Assembly: GCA_963728405.1 (NCBI GenBank)
Contig: CAVSJV010000017.1
Coordinates: forward strand, 160,001 to 224,000
Direction: 5' to 3'
Source of the DNA: Methanomassiliicoccaceae archaeon
GTDB taxonomy: Archaea; Thermoplasmatota; Thermoplasmata; Methanomassiliicoccales; Methanomassiliicoccaceae
DNA: 64,000 nucleotides
Under the pieces are notes generated by a model that made no database searches, was not told the DNA's origin, and saw nothing but the letters and a program-made list of their open reading frames with translations. The translations under genes and the position numbers were made by a program. This document shows positions 42,156-53,031 of the stretch, piece after piece (the first letter of the stretch is position 1; every line of letters starts with the position of its first letter).

Positions 42156-43233
42156 GTTTAATCGCCTCCGCCACGCCCTCGCGCGGTCTTGGATAAAGAA
42201 TTCCTGATCTCCGGCTCCATACCAGGCAGACGCCGTCGCCTATGTTATAGTCGCGGTCCTCCGACGTGGTCACGTCGAACTCCACGATATCTTCGCTGTC
42301 CGTTTCCACGGTGATACGGATGTAGGTGCCCATGAAGGTGATCTTTTCGACCACCGCGTGCAAGCCTTCGGTCGCCGGGTGCACCCGCTCCGGACGTATA
42401 GAGAGTACCACCGCGTCCCCGCTCCTGAACTTGGAGGGTTTCGCCTCCACCACCGTGCCGTCCCGAAGCTCGACCAGCGATAGCTCGGGCCTCCCCTCTC
42501 TCACCACTCCTTCCAGCAGGTTGGTCTCCCCCACGAAGTTGGCGGTGAATAGGTTCTCCGGTGCCTGATAAAGTCGCTCCGGAGTATTAACCTCCACGAT
42601 GCGCCCGTTCCGCATGAGCACGATGCGGTCGGAGACGGTCATCGCCTCCTCCTGGTCGTGGGTGACGTGGACGACCGTCAGCCCGAGGTCCTTGGTCAGC
42701 CGTCGCAGCTCGTAGCGCAGGTCCATCCGCACCCTCGTATCGAGTGCCGACAGCGGCTCATCTAGTAGCAGGAGCTTCGCTCCTGATGCCAGGGCCCGGG
42801 CCAGGGACACCTTCTGCTGCTCCCCCCCGGACAGCTCGCCAGGGAACATGTTCATCCGATCCAGGAGCTTGACCAGCTCGAGGTAGCGCTTGGGGACCTG
42901 CTCCACGTTCTCTCGGCCGATGTTACGCACGATAGGCCCGTAGGAGACGTTGCCCAGAGCAGTAAGGTGCGGAAAGAGAGCAATGTTCTGGAACACGTAG
43001 CCGATGTCCCGCTCCTCGACCGGTACGCCATCCATGTCCCTGCCCCCGATGAGCACCTTGCCCTTGGTCGGCCCCAGGATGCCGGCGATCATACGTATCA
43101 GGGTGGTCTTGCCGCAACCCGATGGTCCCAGGATGGTGACGTACTCCTTGTCCTCGATGGTCAGGTCGATATCAGCGGAAGCGACCACCTTTCCAAAGGT
43201 TTTACCGACGCCTATCAATTCCACCTTCGGCAT
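42148..43233 (-). CDS. ABC transporter ATPase (PotA/FbpC-like, TOBE domain)
   Basis: GPSGCGKT, LSGGEQQ, LLLDEP, VTHDQEEA. Confidence 0.93.
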   Translation of the reverse strand: MPKVELIGVGKTFGKVVASADIDLTIEDKEYVTILGPSGCGKTTLIRMIAGILGPTKGKVLIGGRDMDGVPVEERDIGYVFQNIALFPHLTALGNVSYGPIVRNIGRENVEQVPKRYLELVKLLDRMNMFPGELSGGEQQKVSLARALASGAKLLLLDEPLSALDTRVRMDLRYELRRLTKDLGLTVVHVTHDQEEAMTVSDRIVLMRNGRIVEVNTPERLYQAPENLFTANFVGETNLLEGVVREGRPELSLVELRDGTVVEAKPSKFRSGDAVVLSIRPERVHPATEGLHAVVEKITFMGTYIRITVETDSEDIVEFDVTTSEDRDYNIGDGVCLVWSRRSGILYPRPREGVAEAIKLE

Positions 43234-44331
43234 CTAGTCCACCCTCAGCTCTTTTTCCAGACCGCCCTCTGGACATGAGAACACCGAGGCCTTCTCGATG
43301 CTCCAATTGATCCCCACCATATCTCCGACCTTTATCTGGTCCTTACGGCTGGCCGGCAGCTTGGCGGAGAACCTGCCGTGGTTCTCCACGCTGATGTCCA
43401 GATGGACGATGCGGCCTTCGAAGAGCGTTCGCTCCACCGTCCCCTGGAGGAACGCGTCGCTCTCCCTTACCACCCGGGTGTTACCCACCTTCACGGCCAC
43501 CACGGCCTTGGAATCGACCGGGAAGTCGCAGGGCCGGGCGAAGACCACCTTGCCCCATTCATCGCGGACCGAGGTCGTTCTCCCCTTCCCTGAGCACAGG
43601 ACCGTTCCCGCGATGAAGTTCGATTGCCCGAAGAACGTCGCCACGAATGGAGAGGTGGGATCATCGAACACTTCCCGGGGCTTGCCGATCTGGATGATGC
43701 GACCATTCCTGATGACGGCGATGCGGTCGGCCACTACCAGCGCTTCTTCCTGGTCGTGGGTGACGTGTATTACGGTCAGCCCGAGGGTCTTGGCCATGGA
43801 CCGGAGCTCCCGCCTCAGGTCGATCCTAAGCCGAGCATCCAGGGCTCGTAGCGGCTCATCCAGCAAGAGAACATCGGGATCGGTGGCCAGCGCGCGGGCC
43901 AGGGCGTTCCTCTGCTGCATGCCGCCCGACAGCTCCCACGGATAGGAATCGGCCCTCTTGGTCAGCCGTACCAGATCGAGCAATGAGACCAGGGTTTGTT
44001 CCTTGGCCGCTTCCGGAACGTTCCTGATCTCCGGGCCGAACAGGATGTTTTGGGCCACGGTCATGGTGGGGAAGAGCGAGTAGGTCTGGGCCAGGAGAAC
44101 GGCGTTCCGCTTCTCTGGCTCCAGGTCGGTGACGTCCCGATCGCCGAACAGGACCTTTCCCCCATCGGGACGGGTCAGGCCGGCCATTATGCGCAGCGCG
44201 GTCGTCTTCCCCGCCCCGGTGGGGCCGAGGAGACAGATATACTCGCCATCCTTGACCTCCAGGTCCAGGCCGTCCGCGGCCTTGATGCTGCCATAGTGCT
44301 TGCGGACCCCTTTCAGAGTGATGCTGGGCGT
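43234..44331 (-). CDS. Second ABC transporter ATPase; apparent ACG start
   Basis: Frame open from 44331 (TPSITLKGV..GPTGAGKTT), LSGGMQQ, LLDEP; the ORF track start at 44187 loses Walker A. Confidence 0.88.
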   Translation of the reverse strand, partial: TPSITLKGVRKHYGSIKAADGLDLEVKDGEYICLLGPTGAGKTTALRIMAGLTRPDGGKVLFGDRDVTDLEPEKRNAVLLAQTYSLFPTMTVAQNILFGPEIRNVPEAAKEQTLVSLLDLVRLTKRADSYPWELSGGMQQRNALARALATDPDVLLLDEPLRALDARLRIDLRRELRSMAKTLGLTVIHVTHDQEEALVVADRIAVIRNGRIIQIGKPREVFDDPTSPFVATFFGQSNFIAGTVLCSGKGRTTSVRDEWGKVVFARPCDFPVDSKAVVAVKVGNTRVVRESDAFLQGTVERTLFEGRIVHLDISVENHGRFSAKLPASRKDQIKVGDMVGINWSIEKASVFSCPEGGLEKELRVD

Positions 44332-45996
44332 TCAGACCACCTCGTGCCTGGTGAAGTATCTGAGGCCGAGCATGAAGATATAGGAGACGATGATCAGCAC
44401 GATGCACGCCAACCCCGCCTGGTAGAAAGAGTTGGCCTTCACGAGAGTTACGATGTACACGGGGGCAGTGGTGGAAGCACTGGCGCCCAGGACCGCCTGA
44501 GTCGCTCCGGTCTCCCCCAGGCTCCTGGTGAAGGCCATGATCGCCCCTGCCAGGATAGATCCCTTGATGAGCGGGTAGAGCACTCGTCTGAAGCTTTGGA
44601 TGGGTTTCGCCCCCAGGGTGCGGGCTGTCTCCTCATAAGAGGGATCGATCTCCTCGACCGCTCCCAAGACGTTCCTTACGACCAACGGATAGGTGAATGC
44701 GACGTGCGCCAGAATGAGGATGACAAAATCGACCACCGGGATGACACCTTGCTGCTTCCAGAATAATCCAAGGGAAATTCCCAGCGCCGCGGTCGGCACG
44801 ATCAGGGGGATATTGACCAGGACATCCAGTACATGCGAGGACCGCTTGTCCGGGTTCTTTGAGATATATAGGGCAAAGGGAATACCCAGCGCGATGTCGA
44901 TCAACGTCACGCTCCCAGCTACAATGAACGAGTAACCCAATGCGTTCCAGAAGAAGGTCCAATCCCCGCTGGTGGGAGTGGAAAACAGGACATAGGTGAA
45001 GATGAAGAACGAAGGTACTAGGACGAACATGGCCAGGAAGAACATGGCCGTACCGTCCTTGAGCTTGGGGAATATGCCTCGACTGAGCATCTTCTCTGGC
45101 ATGGGCCACACCCGCCGCAAGGGCAGGTGGACCTTCATTATCACGAGCTTAAGGACCACCAGCAGAACGAGGGCCAGGATGATGAGCAGGATGCTCACGA
45201 AGGCCAGCTCCGGCAAATACTGGTTCCCCCGCGGAGCTAGTTCACCAATGAGCGTCGGGCCGGTGTAGAATCCGCTCGATTGCATGGTAGCCAGGGCGAT
45301 CATCGTCCCGCCGGTCTCACTCATGCTCCGAGCGAAGCACAGGATGACACCGGTGGCGAGACCGGCCCGGAACAGCGGGAGCGTTATGGTCCGCGCCGCG
45401 GTCAGGCGGCTCGCGCCCAGTGTCCGGCCCGCAATCTCGTAGGTCTCATCGATCTCCTCCAGGATCGCGGTCAGCGACCGCACCATGTAGGGGTATGAGA
45501 ACACGATGTGCAGCAGGATGATTAGCAAGAACGGCGATGTCACAGCGAACGATTCCCCGGTCAGGAACTTAGTGATCCAGGCAACCGACAGGGGCGGCGC
45601 ATTGGGGGTCTGTACCCAGAATATGGCCGCCGAGAACCCCAGGGCGGCGGTCGGCACGGCCAAGGGCATGTCGATGAGCGTGTCCAGGAACCGCTTGCCA
45701 CGGAAGTCCTTCCGGACCATCATCCATGCTACCGGAAGACCGACCAAGAAGTCAATGAGGGTGACGATGCCGGCGATCATGAACGAGGCAGTGATGGCAT
45801 CGATGATGACCGCCATCACTTCTGGATCCTGAAGGACATTGATGTCAATGGCGTTCCAGTCCGTGAAGGCGTAGGTGAGGATGTAGATGGTCGGCAGAAC
45901 AACAAAGAACAGGAAGAAGGAAATGATGAACCAGGTCCATCCTTTACGGAACCTTTTACCGCTGACGAAATCGACGAGCCAGTCCCTTCGCTTCAT
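44332..45996 (-). CDS. ABC transporter permease with two fused TM domains (FbpB/ThiP/CysTW-like)
   Basis: Two EAA-like loops (YEIAGRTLGAS, YEETARTLGAK), FARSMSETG and FTRSLGETG. Confidence 0.9.
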   Translation of the reverse strand: MKRRDWLVDFVSGKRFRKGWTWFIISFFLFFVVLPTIYILTYAFTDWNAIDINVLQDPEVMAVIIDAITASFMIAGIVTLIDFLVGLPVAWMMVRKDFRGKRFLDTLIDMPLAVPTAALGFSAAIFWVQTPNAPPLSVAWITKFLTGESFAVTSPFLLIILLHIVFSYPYMVRSLTAILEEIDETYEIAGRTLGASRLTAARTITLPLFRAGLATGVILCFARSMSETGGTMIALATMQSSGFYTGPTLIGELAPRGNQYLPELAFVSILLIILALVLLVVLKLVIMKVHLPLRRVWPMPEKMLSRGIFPKLKDGTAMFFLAMFVLVPSFFIFTYVLFSTPTSGDWTFFWNALGYSFIVAGSVTLIDIALGIPFALYISKNPDKRSSHVLDVLVNIPLIVPTAALGISLGLFWKQQGVIPVVDFVILILAHVAFTYPLVVRNVLGAVEEIDPSYEETARTLGAKPIQSFRRVLYPLIKGSILAGAIMAFTRSLGETGATQAVLGASASTTAPVYIVTLVKANSFYQAGLACIVLIIVSYIFMLGLRYFTRHEVV

Positions 45997-46076
45997 TGTA
46001 CGAACCTTGGTCTATTGTCCGGTAAAGACTGAAGCGTTATAAATATGCTGGAATTGATGCGAAGGGCGTAATGATC

Positions 46077-47045
46077 TCATTGCCTGGCCAGGATCTCGTC
46101 CCTGACCTCGCGGTCTTTCTCTACGATGTAACCGGACCCGATGATACTGCCGTGGACCTTCGCTCCGCTCTCGATCAACGCGCCCCGGAGCACCATGCTC
46201 TCAGAGATCTCCGCCCCGCTGGAGACAAGGACATCGTCTTCCATGTAGACATGGGGGCCGATACGACAGCCTCGCAGATGAGCCCTCTGGAGCATGTTCA
46301 ATCCGAGCACCGCCGCGTTGTCCTCGGTGATGAGGTCGGGCGAGTTCCTTGCCCCTCCCAGGTCCAGCAGCACCCGCTGCGCCTTCAGCAGGGTCTCCCG
46401 GGTCCCGCAGTCGATCCAGTGGCCCTTGAACTCGTAGCCGTACAGGCCGCGATCCAGTACCTTGGGGAACACCTGCCGCTCGATCGATACCACGCCGTTC
46501 GGTATGTGTTCCAATATCTCCTTCTCGAAGATGTACACGCCGGCATTGATGGAGTTGGAGATGGCTTCCTCCCGCTTGGGCTTTTCCTGGAACTCGGTGA
46601 TCCTTCCCTGGCCGTCCTTGGCCACCACTCCGAAGGCCGAGGGGTCCTCGACCTGCCACAGTGCCATCGTGCCGATCCCGCCATGGGAGCGGTGGTGGCG
46701 CAGCATATCATTGAGGTCGATGGAGCTGACCACGTCACCGTTGAAAGCGATGAACGGGCCATCCAGGTAGCGGGAGACGTTCTTGATCGCGCCCCCCGTC
46801 CCCAGGGGCTGGTCCTCGTTGACCAGGATGATCTTCCGTCCCACGTCATGGGAGCGGAAGTACTCCTCCAGCGCATCCTTCATGTATGAGACGGCAAGGA
46901 TGACGGTGTCCACCTCACTAGGCAGGGGATCGATGATGTGGCTGATCAATGGTTTACCGAGCAATGGCACCAGCGGCTTGGGCATGCTATGTGTCAACGG
47001 CCTCAGCCTGGTGCCGAGGCCGCCTGCCAATATGAGCGCTTTCAT
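46077..47045 (-). CDS. NDP-sugar synthase (mannose-1-phosphate guanylyltransferase-like)
   Basis: ILAGGLGTRLRPLT..PKP, PLGTGG, NGD, EKP, INAGVY. Confidence 0.9.
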   Translation of the reverse strand: MKALILAGGLGTRLRPLTHSMPKPLVPLLGKPLISHIIDPLPSEVDTVILAVSYMKDALEEYFRSHDVGRKIILVNEDQPLGTGGAIKNVSRYLDGPFIAFNGDVVSSIDLNDMLRHHRSHGGIGTMALWQVEDPSAFGVVAKDGQGRITEFQEKPKREEAISNSINAGVYIFEKEILEHIPNGVVSIERQVFPKVLDRGLYGYEFKGHWIDCGTRETLLKAQRVLLDLGGARNSPDLITEDNAAVLGLNMLQRAHLRGCRIGPHVYMEDDVLVSSGAEISESMVLRGALIESGAKVHGSIIGSGYIVEKDREVRDEILARQ

Positions 47046-47079
47046 CCGTCCACGCGATAAGAAAGAGGGACCGATCTGC

Positions 47080-47295
47080 TCAGATCGGAGATATGCTCAC
47101 TACGTTGTTGCCGCGGAGTACTACAGTGCCCAGGCGCCGGGTCTGCTCGGAGGTGCGCTCTTCGGTGTCCTCCAGTACCATGTTCATGTAATCATCGTAG
47201 CCGACCAGCTTCCCTTCCAGGACCCTGGTGTCCTTGAGCAAGAGAGAGATCCGGTGGTCCATCGACTTCTCAAGCAGCGCGAGTGGCATTACCAT
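47080..47295 (-). CDS. Sm-like archaeal protein (Lsm/SmAP1)
   Basis: G.L.GYDDYMNMVL Sm1, LRGNNV Sm2. Confidence 0.93.
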   Translation of the reverse strand: MVMPLALLEKSMDHRISLLLKDTRVLEGKLVGYDDYMNMVLEDTEERTSEQTRRLGTVVLRGNNVVSISPI

Positions 47296-47443
47296 AAATA
47301 ATCACTTGCTGTGGCATTGTAGGTATCGAATTTAAGCTTTTGTGCATCTAGCAGGCCGATATCTTAGCGACCTCAGTCGACCAAGCGTTATTTGACAGCG
47401 ATGATTGTCTCGTGCTCGAACGGTTGTGCGAAGAATGACGACC

Positions 47444-47950
47444 CTACTGCAAACGAGAGCGCTCTTCCATCCACTTCTTGACCGCGTTCTTGCTCGTCCC
47501 CTCGATGCCAAAATACTCGCAGAAGCGCTTGGTGGTGGTGAGCTGGAAGGTCTGTCCCTTCTTTTTGGCGGTCACCAGTCCGAGCTGGTGAAGCGTTCGG
47601 ACGTCATCATAGACCCGGCTGCCCAGGGACTTGGCCAGGTCGCTCTGCAATATGGGCTGGTGATAGGCCACCATCGCAGCAGTTCGAAGCACATCGTCCG
47701 GCACCTCTTTGGGTGCGAACTGCCGACCGAACGGGCGGTATGGCTCGCGGACGATGAGCGAGTAACCTAGACCGGTCTTGGCCACCTCGATGGCCGATCC
47801 TCGTTCATCATACTCCTGCTGAAGTTTCTTGAGAGCCTTCCTGACCACCGCTCCGTCCAGCTGGGTCTGGACCTCCATGTCCGAGATCTTCACCGGCTGG
47901 GACGACGAGAACAGGACCGCCTCGATGACGCGGACCGGGTCCAGGTCCAC
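47444..47950 (-). CDS. scpB: Segregation and condensation protein B
   Basis: IEAVLF, LRT.A..AYHQPI, TT..F.EYFG; downstream of smc-scpA. Confidence 0.92.
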   Translation of the reverse strand: MDLDPVRVIEAVLFSSSQPVKISDMEVQTQLDGAVVRKALKKLQQEYDERGSAIEVAKTGLGYSLIVREPYRPFGRQFAPKEVPDDVLRTAAMVAYHQPILQSDLAKSLGSRVYDDVRTLHQLGLVTAKKKGQTFQLTTTKRFCEYFGIEGTSKNAVKKWMEERSRLQ

Positions 47951-47951
47951 C

Positions 47952-48863
47952 CTACATCACCGCTTCCTTGCTCCCCTGGACCGCCCGGGGGATAGGGACG
48001 GCAGGTATGTCCTCAAGGGTGCCGATGTCCCAGGCCATCTTGACCTCCAGCATGATCTTGCCAAAGGGCAGGTCGTCCTGCCACACCGAGATCTTGCCGG
48101 CGCGGGCCAGGAACAGTAGGGCCATGAACACGGTGACCAGGTCATCCCTTCCACCGTTCCAGATGTCCTCGAGATTAATGGCGCCAGAGCCGCACTTGCA
48201 GATCCTTTGCCAGACATCCTCGACGTCCCGTTCCATGTCGTCGTTGTGCGCCTTAGTGTCGAAGGCCGCGTTCAGCTTCAGGCGGTTAGCTTCCCTCAGC
48301 TTCTCCCTTAGGAGATTTTGCTGTTCCTCGCGCTGGGCATCCTCGAACGCGCCCAGCAGCTCGACCAGCGTGACCGGCCTGCTGCCATGGTGACGCACCA
48401 CCTCGTCCAGCTCGGCATCCTCTGGCAAGTAGAGGACGACACGAGGCTCCTCCGGCCGGAACAGGTCTAGGGATTCGAAGTCGATATCGCCGAATGACCA
48501 ATCGGACCGGGTCTCGGAGTTCGAGAGCACCTGCTCGCTCTGCATCCGCAGGATGGACCAGGCCATGAGCATCAGTTTGCCGGCCAGGACGAAGTTTACT
48601 TCCTTGTCCTTGACCTTCTCGGTGTACAATTTGGTGAACTGCATCAGGTCGATGTCCCAGGGATCCAGATCGTTCGAGAGGACCAGCTCGAAAACGGTCT
48701 CGATGGAACGGTCCAGGGGGTCCCGGGAAGAGACCGGGGACCCTGATTCCCTCAGCACGTTGAGGTAGCGGTCGATATTCTCCGCCCCGGCGTCCTCGTC
48801 GATCATGGCCTTATGGAACAGGAGGTGCCCGAGCACCCCTTCCGCGGCTGCGCACTCCATCAT
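47952..48863 (-). CDS. scpA: Segregation and condensation protein A (kleisin)
   Basis: LDPWDIDL, VTLVELL.A, VF.ALLFLA..GKI..Q...FG. Confidence 0.9.
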   Translation of the reverse strand: MMECAAAEGVLGHLLFHKAMIDEDAGAENIDRYLNVLRESGSPVSSRDPLDRSIETVFELVLSNDLDPWDIDLMQFTKLYTEKVKDKEVNFVLAGKLMLMAWSILRMQSEQVLSNSETRSDWSFGDIDFESLDLFRPEEPRVVLYLPEDAELDEVVRHHGSRPVTLVELLGAFEDAQREEQQNLLREKLREANRLKLNAAFDTKAHNDDMERDVEDVWQRICKCGSGAINLEDIWNGGRDDLVTVFMALLFLARAGKISVWQDDLPFGKIMLEVKMAWDIGTLEDIPAVPIPRAVQGSKEAVM

Positions 48864-51800
48864 AATGTCTCCTCCAACTTCTCATCTGGTATCTTGAGTT
48901 CGGCCTGTAGGTCACTGACGTCGGAGATGTTCGGGCGCATAATGACATGCGATATCCCGCCCTCCTGCTTGGTGACCCCGATGATGTGATCGGCCTTGGT
49001 GAGAGTGATCTTCCTTAGCGATATCTGGACGAACTGAGCGGTCTTGGACGATTTCTGGACCCGCCTCGCCACCGTATCGGCGTTGATCCCATCCAGGAAC
49101 ATGTCCACCTCATCCAGCAGGTAGAATGGCGACGGCTGGTACTCCTGAATGGCGAAGATGAACGCCAGCGCGGTGAGCGATTTCTCGCCGCCGCTGAGCG
49201 CTTCCAGCCTCAGCACCTTGCCCTGCTTGGGCTTGGCCTTTATGGCCAGTCCGCCCTCGAAGGGGTGCTCCTTGTTCTCCAGGATCAATTCAGCCTCCCC
49301 GCCCTGGGAAAGGTCGGCGTAGGCACGCCGAAAGTTCGAGTTGACCGCCTCGTACACCTTGAGCAGGGAGAACTTCTTCTTCTCGTTCAGCTCCCCTTCC
49401 AGCTTGAGCAGGTCCCTGCGCTGCGCCTCCAGTCTCTTGGTCTCGGTGTCCAGCTCGTCGTGGCGCTGCTTCTTCTCGCCATAGTCATCCACGGCCTTGA
49501 GGTTCACGGGCCCCATGGAGTTGATGGCGTTCTCGCACTGTCGGATGGTGTCCTTCAGGGCGTCCAACGACGGCAGGGGATGTTCTATCGGCACGTTGAG
49601 CTGATTCAGCTCCTCATCCAGCTCTTTAATCCGGACCTGCCCTTGAGCTATGCGGGTGTTGAGGCCGACAATGATCTCGCCCTTGGTCTCCACCGTCCCG
49701 GTGAGGTTGTCCCTCTCGCTCTCGAGCGAGGTCTTCTCCCGGAACAATGCCTCTTTCTTCTGCCGCAGGCCGTTCATCTCCTGGCCCATGGAATCCTCGA
49801 TCTTCCGGTGGGCCAGCAGCTCGGTCCTCGAACGGGCTGCCAGGGTAGCGGCCTCCTCTCCCTCCCTCTGGACCCTGGCCATCTTCTCGGAGAGGACCTT
49901 CAGCGTGTCGACCAGCTCGTCAACGCGCTTCTGGGTGAGCTTTATCCTCGCTTCCAGAGTGTCCTTGGCCGAGCGCAGCTCGGACGTTTTACCAGTAAGT
50001 TCGGCGACCTCGGACTGAAGGGCCTTCAGCTTGACCGACATCTCCTTGGGAGCGAGCCTCTCCATCTTGGCCCGAGCCTCATCCCTCAGCGTCCTTCGTG
50101 AACCGAGCTCCTGAGAGGCCTGCTCGATATTCAGGACCATCTCAGCGATGGCAGCCTCGACCTGAACCAGCTCCATGGTCCTCTTTCCCTTCTCCTCCTT
50201 GGCCTGGGCCAACTTGGTGCGAAGCTCGTCCCGCTGTCCCTCCAGGGCCCGAAGGGTCACCGACGTCGCCCCGCCGGAGCCGGACAGCTCCCTTATCTTC
50301 GCTTCCAGGGCAAGCATGTCGGCGCGGACCAGCCGGAGATCGGCCAGCATCTTCTCCGAAGCCTGAATGGCCTGGTCCAGTTTGGCGGAGACCTCTTCCA
50401 GGCGCCCCTTCGATGCCGCGCCGAACTTCAGGTTAGATTGCTCGACAGTTACCACCGACCATGGCCCCCGACGCCTCGAGCAGCTCTCCACTCTGGGTCA
50501 CCAGCCGTACTCCCCCCATCAGCCTCCGTGCCTGGTCTAAGGTGTCTACCACGACGGTATCGCCCAGCACGTACCAGAAGGCGGAGCGATACCGCTCATC
50601 GAACCGCACCAGGTCTATGGCGAACCCCACCGCCTCTTTGGCGGCCATGATCGACTTGCCTCGGGGGCGTCCGTCGATCATCTTGTTGAGCGGAAGGAAA
50701 GTGGCCCGTCCAAGGCCGTTCCGCTTGAGGAACTGAATGCATTGGGAGGCCACCTCGTCGTCATCGACCACGATGGCCTGCATGCGGTTCCCGGCAGCAA
50801 CGTTCAGTGCGGTCTGGTAGTTGGGGTCGACCTCGGCCAGCTCGGCGATCGTGCCGTGGACGCCCCGGATGGCGCGCCCATCTCTGGCCTCTATGATCCC
50901 CCGGACCGCCCGGTTATATCCTCTGGCGATCTCTCCGGCGGCCTCTTCTTCGGCCTTTAGCCTGGAATGCTCCCTGGTCAGGGACTTGATGGCCTGGTCC
51001 AGCTCGTCCGATTCGCGGGACATCCTTGATTCAGCGCCCTTCTTCTGGAGGAACTCCTCCTGAAGCCCCTTCAGCTCCTTACTGGAGCCCTTGTCGTGGT
51101 CCCTGATCTCCTTGATCTTCCACTCCGCCTCGGTCACTCCAAAATCGTGGGTCTTGATGTCCTCATCGAAGGACGCAAGATCCACGGTCAGGCGCTCCTT
51201 GCGGCCTTCCAACCGCTCCCGGTCCATGTTCTGACGGTTTAGCGCTTCTTCCCTCTCGCGAACGTCCTTCTCTCGGTGAGCGATATCCTTCTCCAGGTCG
51301 GCCAGCTCCGCATCGCAGGCACTGATCTTACCATGGACCTCAGCGAGTTCACCCTTCTTCCGGGCCAGGTCCCTGGTGTCATTCTCTAGCTGAACGGCCT
51401 TCTCATCCCGTTCGACCACCAGCCCTTGGATCTCCTGGGATGTGGCCTTCCGCTCTTCGGACTTGGCCTCGCCCTCAGCCTGTAGCTCAGCGACGCTCTG
51501 CACCGACATGGCCGCACGGTCTTCGGACTTGGCCACCTGGACCTTGAGGGCGTCGATCTTGTCCTTCAGCTCCTTGAACTCATTCCCGCCCTTGGCCTCC
51601 AGCTCCTTGTCCACCTGGACCATGCTCTCATCCAGCTGCTTGACCCGCTCGGCGATCTGAACCTTTCGCTCCCTCAGCCGGTGGATCTCCGCCTCGATGT
51701 TCTGGATCTGCTTCCTAGTGCTACTGATCTCGACCTCGGCGGACTCCTTCTGACGGTAGGAGAATTGGGCCTTCGACCGAGTGAGCGTTTCCTTCATTCG

Positions 51801-52463
51801 AAGGTAGGTCAGGGCGACCTCTTTCTCCTGCTCTAACTGATCGATCTGGCGCTGAAGTTCGGACAGGATAATGGAGATGCGATCTATGTTTGCGTCGGCC
51901 TCGCCCCTTTCGCCCTGGGCCTTGCAGATCTCCTCATCGAACTTTGATATGCCGGAGATGTCATCCAGGATGCGGCGGCGCTCCAGGTTGGACATAGTGA
52001 CCACCCGGGTCACATCGCCTTGCTGGACGAAGTTGTAGCCGTCGGCACTGATGCGAGCGTTAGATAAAAGCACGTCGAACTCCGACAGGGACGATTTGCG
52101 GTCGTTGACGTAGAAGTAGGAGTTGTAGCCATCCCCCTCGGAGGCCATCTTGACCACCCGGGTCAAACGGACCAGGTCGTCATCGATGTGGATCATGCGG
52201 TCCTTGTTGTCAAAGACCAGGGAAACCTTGCAATGGTCGGCACCCTGCTTGTTGTTGCCGCCGTTGAATATGAGATCGGAGAGCTTTCCAGCACGGATGG
52301 CCCGGGAGCTCTTGGGACCGAGAACAAATAGAATGGAATCGGAGATGTTGGATTTGCCTGAACCGTTCGGTCCAGTGACCGCGGTGTAGCCCTCCAGAAG
52401 GGGCACGGTAAGCTTCTTACCGAAGGATTTGAAGTTCTCCAACTCTATCTGCTTAAGATACAT
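48860..52463 (-). CDS. smc: Chromosome segregation protein SMC; frameshift at ~50450
   Basis: FKSF, GPNGSGKSN, hinge G..G.ATFLPL, LSGGEKS, LLDEVD; coiled coils. Confidence 0.95.
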
Positions 52464-52555
52464 TCGACCTCCGCTGTCGGAGGCGAAAGAGGGCGACCTA
52501 TGTAACTAGGTCCCTTTTCTCGCATCCCATCCTACTGGTCCGACGCGTGTCGGAC
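52464..52555 (-). promoter_or_regulatory. Structured smc 5' leader with three hairpins, one masking the RBS
   Basis: CCTCCG-N4-CGGAGG (52468-52483), GACCTA-N6-TAGGTC (~52495-52512), GTCCGAC-N4-GTCGGAC (52538-52555). Confidence 0.45.
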
Positions 52556-52621
52556 GATAGAAAGCAATGGAATGTGGATATATAATGTTTATTGCAGGGT
52601 TTCTGACATCCACACTGACGA

Positions 52622-52986
52622 ATGAGAACATATTTTCAACTTTTCCTAGCATATGAAATATTTGTTGATCATATCTTCATCGATCGAGCGGCCATATGGT
52701 CCGATCCTTTACATTTTCTAGGACACTTTGCTGGATGCTGCGCCCTGCTCGGTTTCGTAGATAGAGCGAGCAACCTTTTTAACCAAACCGCTGAAATAAT
52801 ATGGCTGGGCTGGCCGTGTTGGCCCTGCCCTGCCTCTTCTTCGTCCCCAATGCCACCATTCCTGTTGTCAACGAATTGAATGGCAGGGCGTCATCCCGCA
52901 GATCCAAGGAGCTAACGACCGATCGCACCGACCAAAAGGGGCCAGAAGATGAGATAAGGACCGAAGACCGATCAGGCCAGCCATGA
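52622..52986 (+). CDS. Possible small membrane protein, frameshifted or degenerate
   Basis: Two overlapping hydrophobic ORFs (52622..52879, 52801..52986); AT-rich, no motif. Confidence 0.3.
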
Positions 52987-53031
52987 AAAAGCGGCCAATA
53001 TTTTTAAGCACGAAGCTCCCCACGTCGATCG

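Noticed and set aside
47444-52463. SMC cluster as a Wadjet (JetABCD) defence system
   Set aside because: It is canonical Smc-ScpA-ScpB with no JetD/Toprim nuclease, in a housekeeping context
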